Below, one piece after another: positions 60,101-64,000 of a stretch of DNA of 64,000 nucleotides. A model generated the notes under the pieces. The model searched no databases, was not told the origin of the DNA, and saw only the letters and a program-made list of their open reading frames with translations. Within the stretch, counting starts at the first letter, position 1. Every line of letters begins with the position of its first letter. The translations under genes and the position numbers were made by a program. Source of the stretch: Lingula anatina (taxonomy: Eukaryota; Animalia; Brachiopoda); the NCBI GenBank assembly GCA_051362555.1, contig CM120641.1, positions 2,356,001-2,420,000 on the forward strand, given 5' to 3'.

Positions 60101-63100
60101 AGTGGGATACGTACAAGAGCTTCAAGGCCGACTAGTTTTTTTTTTTTTTCTAAAATGTCTCCAATGATGCTACAGACAGATTTTCATTGTTAATACTTTA
60201 ATGAGTTGTAGTTTTGCTGTTGTTTCAGGAAGGGCTAAACAGCTTTAGTGGTGCTTGGTCAAGTAAGAGAAATTTTTACCGTTGATTTTTTTATTTAATT
60301 CTGCTGCATGTTGCTATGGACACAAACAAGGCTTTACATTGTTTCATAAATGATTTGTGCCGTTTTGGAAAGAAGCTTCACATTTGTATGTGTTGACTCT
60401 AGGAGGTTTTGTTCTTTTTCTAAGATATTTTAATTTGTTAATGGTTTCAGTCTTGACTGCTGTGAATTGGATGTTCTTTGTTGTCAGCGTTAACTTAACT
60501 GTCTGTTTCAAAGGTGTTGCACACATTGCTAATGGCTAAAGTGTTGTGGGGATGTTTCCTAACATTTGTGTTGTCAATGTCTGCAGGATACTGTTGTTGC
60601 TGAAGTGTCCCATTGTTTACTTGTTTGATACAGGTGTTGTTAGGTCTGTTGTCCTGATTATGAGGTGTTCAAATTTGATGATTTGATCGTTTGACAAAAA
60701 AGTAATTGTACCTTTAATAACAATTTAAACTACCGTAAGTTTGTTTGGGATTTGTTCTTTTAAGCCTGGAAGTGCTGCATTTTGTGTTTGGTTTCAAATG
60801 TGGAACAAGTAACAAAAATGTAATAAAATCCACACATTGCATGTCAGTGTCAGAAGATCTTGGGGTCATGGCAGGTTTTAGATGAATAATAAAATGAAAA
60901 TTAACTCAAAAATTAAAAACTTTTAATCAAAATAAAAATATAATAAAAAATGTAAATGAAAAAATAATTTTGATTTTCCTAACAAAGGAAACAAAAAGAA
61001 GACAAAAAGTATATGGATAAAGCAACAAAGAAAAATCACTGATATTTCAAGGATAACCATCTCCCAAGATGGTGGAATGTTAGGAAATAACAGTCTGGCT
61101 GGCCTCTAAGTGTTTTCATATCTCTGAAACCTCGGCTCCAGGGAAAGGCATCCTAGCTAATTGGAATAAATGGGCTGATCACAGATCTTGTGTTTTAGCA
61201 ACCTTGCTTAGAAACATTGGTTGGAAACCAGCTAGTTGTGTTTATAAGCCATTTGGTATTTCTAGGAGGCTGGCAGACGTCCATATTTTTGGGTGTGTTG
61301 ATGGCACAATTTCTGGGAATATAAAGGTCCATGCACTCAATCTATATCAGGTGTTGCCTGTCTAAAAGCTTTCTTTGTTCTTAAACTTTTTTACGTTGTT
61401 GAGAGGCTGGATATTATGGCTTGTGCTGTCGGTAACATGCCCAGTCACTTATCCAAATTTACTTAAGTAGCCAGGTGATTGCTTTTAACATGGTGTATAA
61501 ATGTGGAACCTCCACACGGTTCTTGTAGAACAAGATCAAAAAGATTTTATACTAAATAGAATACAATAATCCAAAACATTTCTTATGTAAATACAGTGAA
61601 GTGCAATCAAATGAAGAGGGCAGATTTTAAACAGTCAAATAAAAACTTTATTTAAGAAATAAATACCAAAGTTTTATCATCATACAGCACAGTATTGGCC
61701 TTACTTTGACAGTGTGCCAGAAAAAAATTTGTGTAAAATCTGCATTTGTTCTTCCATCAGCCAATACCCTTCCAACACACGACATATTTGCAAGATGTCT
61801 GTGGTGCATATAGTCTCCATCGCTCTACAACTATCAAACTACTTCACAGTTTATCTGACATTTCAGATTTTTCTTGAATTAGCATCATAATATATTAAGT
61901 TTCACTTCATTAATTATACAGCAGCTGGAATTTTTAACATTGCTTTCCATCGCCACCCCCTCCCTGCCACTATACGGTGCCAGGAGTGTTCAAAATTTAG
62001 TATTGATCAAATCATATTTATTCTCAGGTGTCTCCCTGTAATAATGTAATCCTACCAAAGTCATACTTATCTTTCACAATAACAGCAAACTTGAAAGGTA
62101 GAATTAAATATGAAGTCAAATTTTAGAAATAAAATAAACAATTTAATAAATAAAGACAATAGCAGATACACTTCAGAATGCACGATTTGCATAAAAAATT
62201 TCCTCTTAAAGTTAGCAGCTAGCAAATTGAAGCATTTTACTGGTTTATTTACAGTAAAAGTTTTTCCAATTTGCCTCTCACACATTTTACAACCTGATAA
62301 ATTAAGATTTAGTGTTATAGGATACGAAAAATTACAGCTTTTGATGATAAATATGGGTGTTAGCCTATCTCAGAATTGTTGGGGTCATTTCATGGCCTAA
62401 AACACCCATATATGAAATTAATGACTTTTTGATTGTGTAAAAAAGAAAATGGGATCAGTTAGGTAACTTTTGATGATTTATGTTATGCACACATTTCATT
62501 GAACATTTTTTTGTAAAATCGCTGACTTAGACATGGAAAGGAAGGTATTATCTTCTGATATGAATATAGTTACAAACATATGGTAGAACGAGGTGTCAGT
62601 ATTATCCTTTGAAGTAATGCAGGTTTCAGGTAAACAAGGTCTATTTTTCTAGTTATAGGCTATTTAGACCGTAACGCTCGTTTGAAATCAAAGATGCAAG
62701 CCGGGTATTACCTAAAAGAATGGAATGACTCTTCAGATAAAGAAAATTTATAGAGATGTTCGTTGCATTTTACTAAACTAAGAAGAGAGATGAAACACTT
62801 TTGCCACTTTTGAAGAATAATTTTATTGTGACAGAAATCATTTTGACTAGCAATATATAACAGGTTAATGAATGTTTTTGTCTGGTGGCTGAATTGATCT
62901 GGATCTAAACAGGATCGGGTCTCAGTTTAAGTCTAAACACACCTAGAAATACTCACATTACCATTTAGTCAATATCACTTCATTATCTGCTTCTTTATCA
63001 GACACATATTTCAAATCTGGTGACAAGAATGCTCCTTTGAAATGGCACCTTGAAGGCTGTGCATGGTTGAGTTAAAGCAAGGAGATGCCCTCACAGCCCA

Positions 63101-63143
63101 GCAGGTGAAGTTCACTTTCTGAATAAAGAACTTGCATTGCTAA

Positions 63144-63360
63144 AGCCCCTTTTACACTGGAGGGCATCCTTTCTGCATCTCGCAGTATGGCCCCATTTAA
63201 GAGTAAAAAAAAAAAACTTTCCGTTGACAACTGGCTTATCATCGAGCATTCGTTCTGCAACCAACGCGATGCCAGTGCTTCCTTTTTATGACCATAGCGA
63301 TGCCAGATTCATGGTCAGACAAAGGATGCAGAAAGGATGCCGTCCAGTGTAAAGGGGGTC
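63144..63360. mobile_element. Harbinger-like MITE
   Basis: ~36-bp TIRs (CCCCTTTTACACTGGAGGGCATCCTTTCTGCATC / GATGCAGAAAGGATGCCGTCCAGTGTAAAGGGG). TAA TSD at 63141-63143 and 63361-63363. Confidence 0.8.
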
Positions 63361-64000
63361 TAATGAACGTCCAGGAGTTATTCACCCAACCTGCCACAAC
63401 TCATATGCTATAGCATTTTCTCATATATCATATGAAATTGTTTAAATTACATTATACATTTTGCGCAGTTTTATCTCTAAGTGAGTCCCCGGTTCAAACT
63501 AACTAAGAAATGTAAAGAAATTGATTGGAAATACATTATGGACAATAATAACCAAATTTCTGAATGTGATCCAATAACCCATCCGTGCCACATATTAAGG
63601 ATAAATTCCTGGCACAATCTGATAACATGTATGAACATTACCTGATTCCAGTAATCTTTTTTTTATCAAGTCTTGAAGATGACAAAAATAAGTTTACACC
63701 TGTGGAGCTGCTGAGCTCATACTGAATGTTTTCACCAGTGTCTAAAATAATTTGTCTAGTCAGAAGAAAAAGAGAATAAATACCATGTACTTTTCAAAGA
63801 CTTTACCACCAGCAATTTCACGTTTTAATGTTTTTTCTGAGAGTGCCGAAACAAATAATACAGTTGAGCCAATATCTCACCTTATCTCATACCAAGTCCT
63901 CATATAAATAATAATAATGTTAAAAAAACAAGGCAGTATCTTTGAGCTGGTCCCTAATGAACTTCTGCATTACCTGGCCTGTGTGCCGTTCTCTGTGGGT

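Overview
AT-rich, intron-containing invertebrate animal DNA (host not identifiable; marine lophotrochozoan or invertebrate deuterostome is a guess). From left to right it holds: the 3' part of a Helentron-type non-autonomous element (HINE/DINE-1-like); the large terminal NACHT+LRR exon of an NLR gene (+); a complete 7-exon RPSA gene (-); and a short bidirectional promoter. That promoter drives a 10-coding-exon NTAN1 gene (+), which the ORF track misses. A complete GEMIN7 coding exon sits on the same strand inside NTAN1's first coding intron and apparently shares its leader. NTAN1 introns carry a rearranged Harbinger-like MITE and a 3.8-kb HINE with higher-order tandem repeats. At 30472-39296 lies an intact, very recent Ty3/gypsy element with identical 422-bp LTRs, an ATAT target duplication, gag with a CCHC knuckle, a -1 frameshift, pol and a baculovirus-F-like env, plus possible accessory splicing signals. 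The right part holds a gene with a myristoylation-type first exon and a 4.7-kb disordered exon (possibly LMO7/Smallish-like) and several palindromic MITEs. All family assignments come from motifs recognised by eye; no searches were run.
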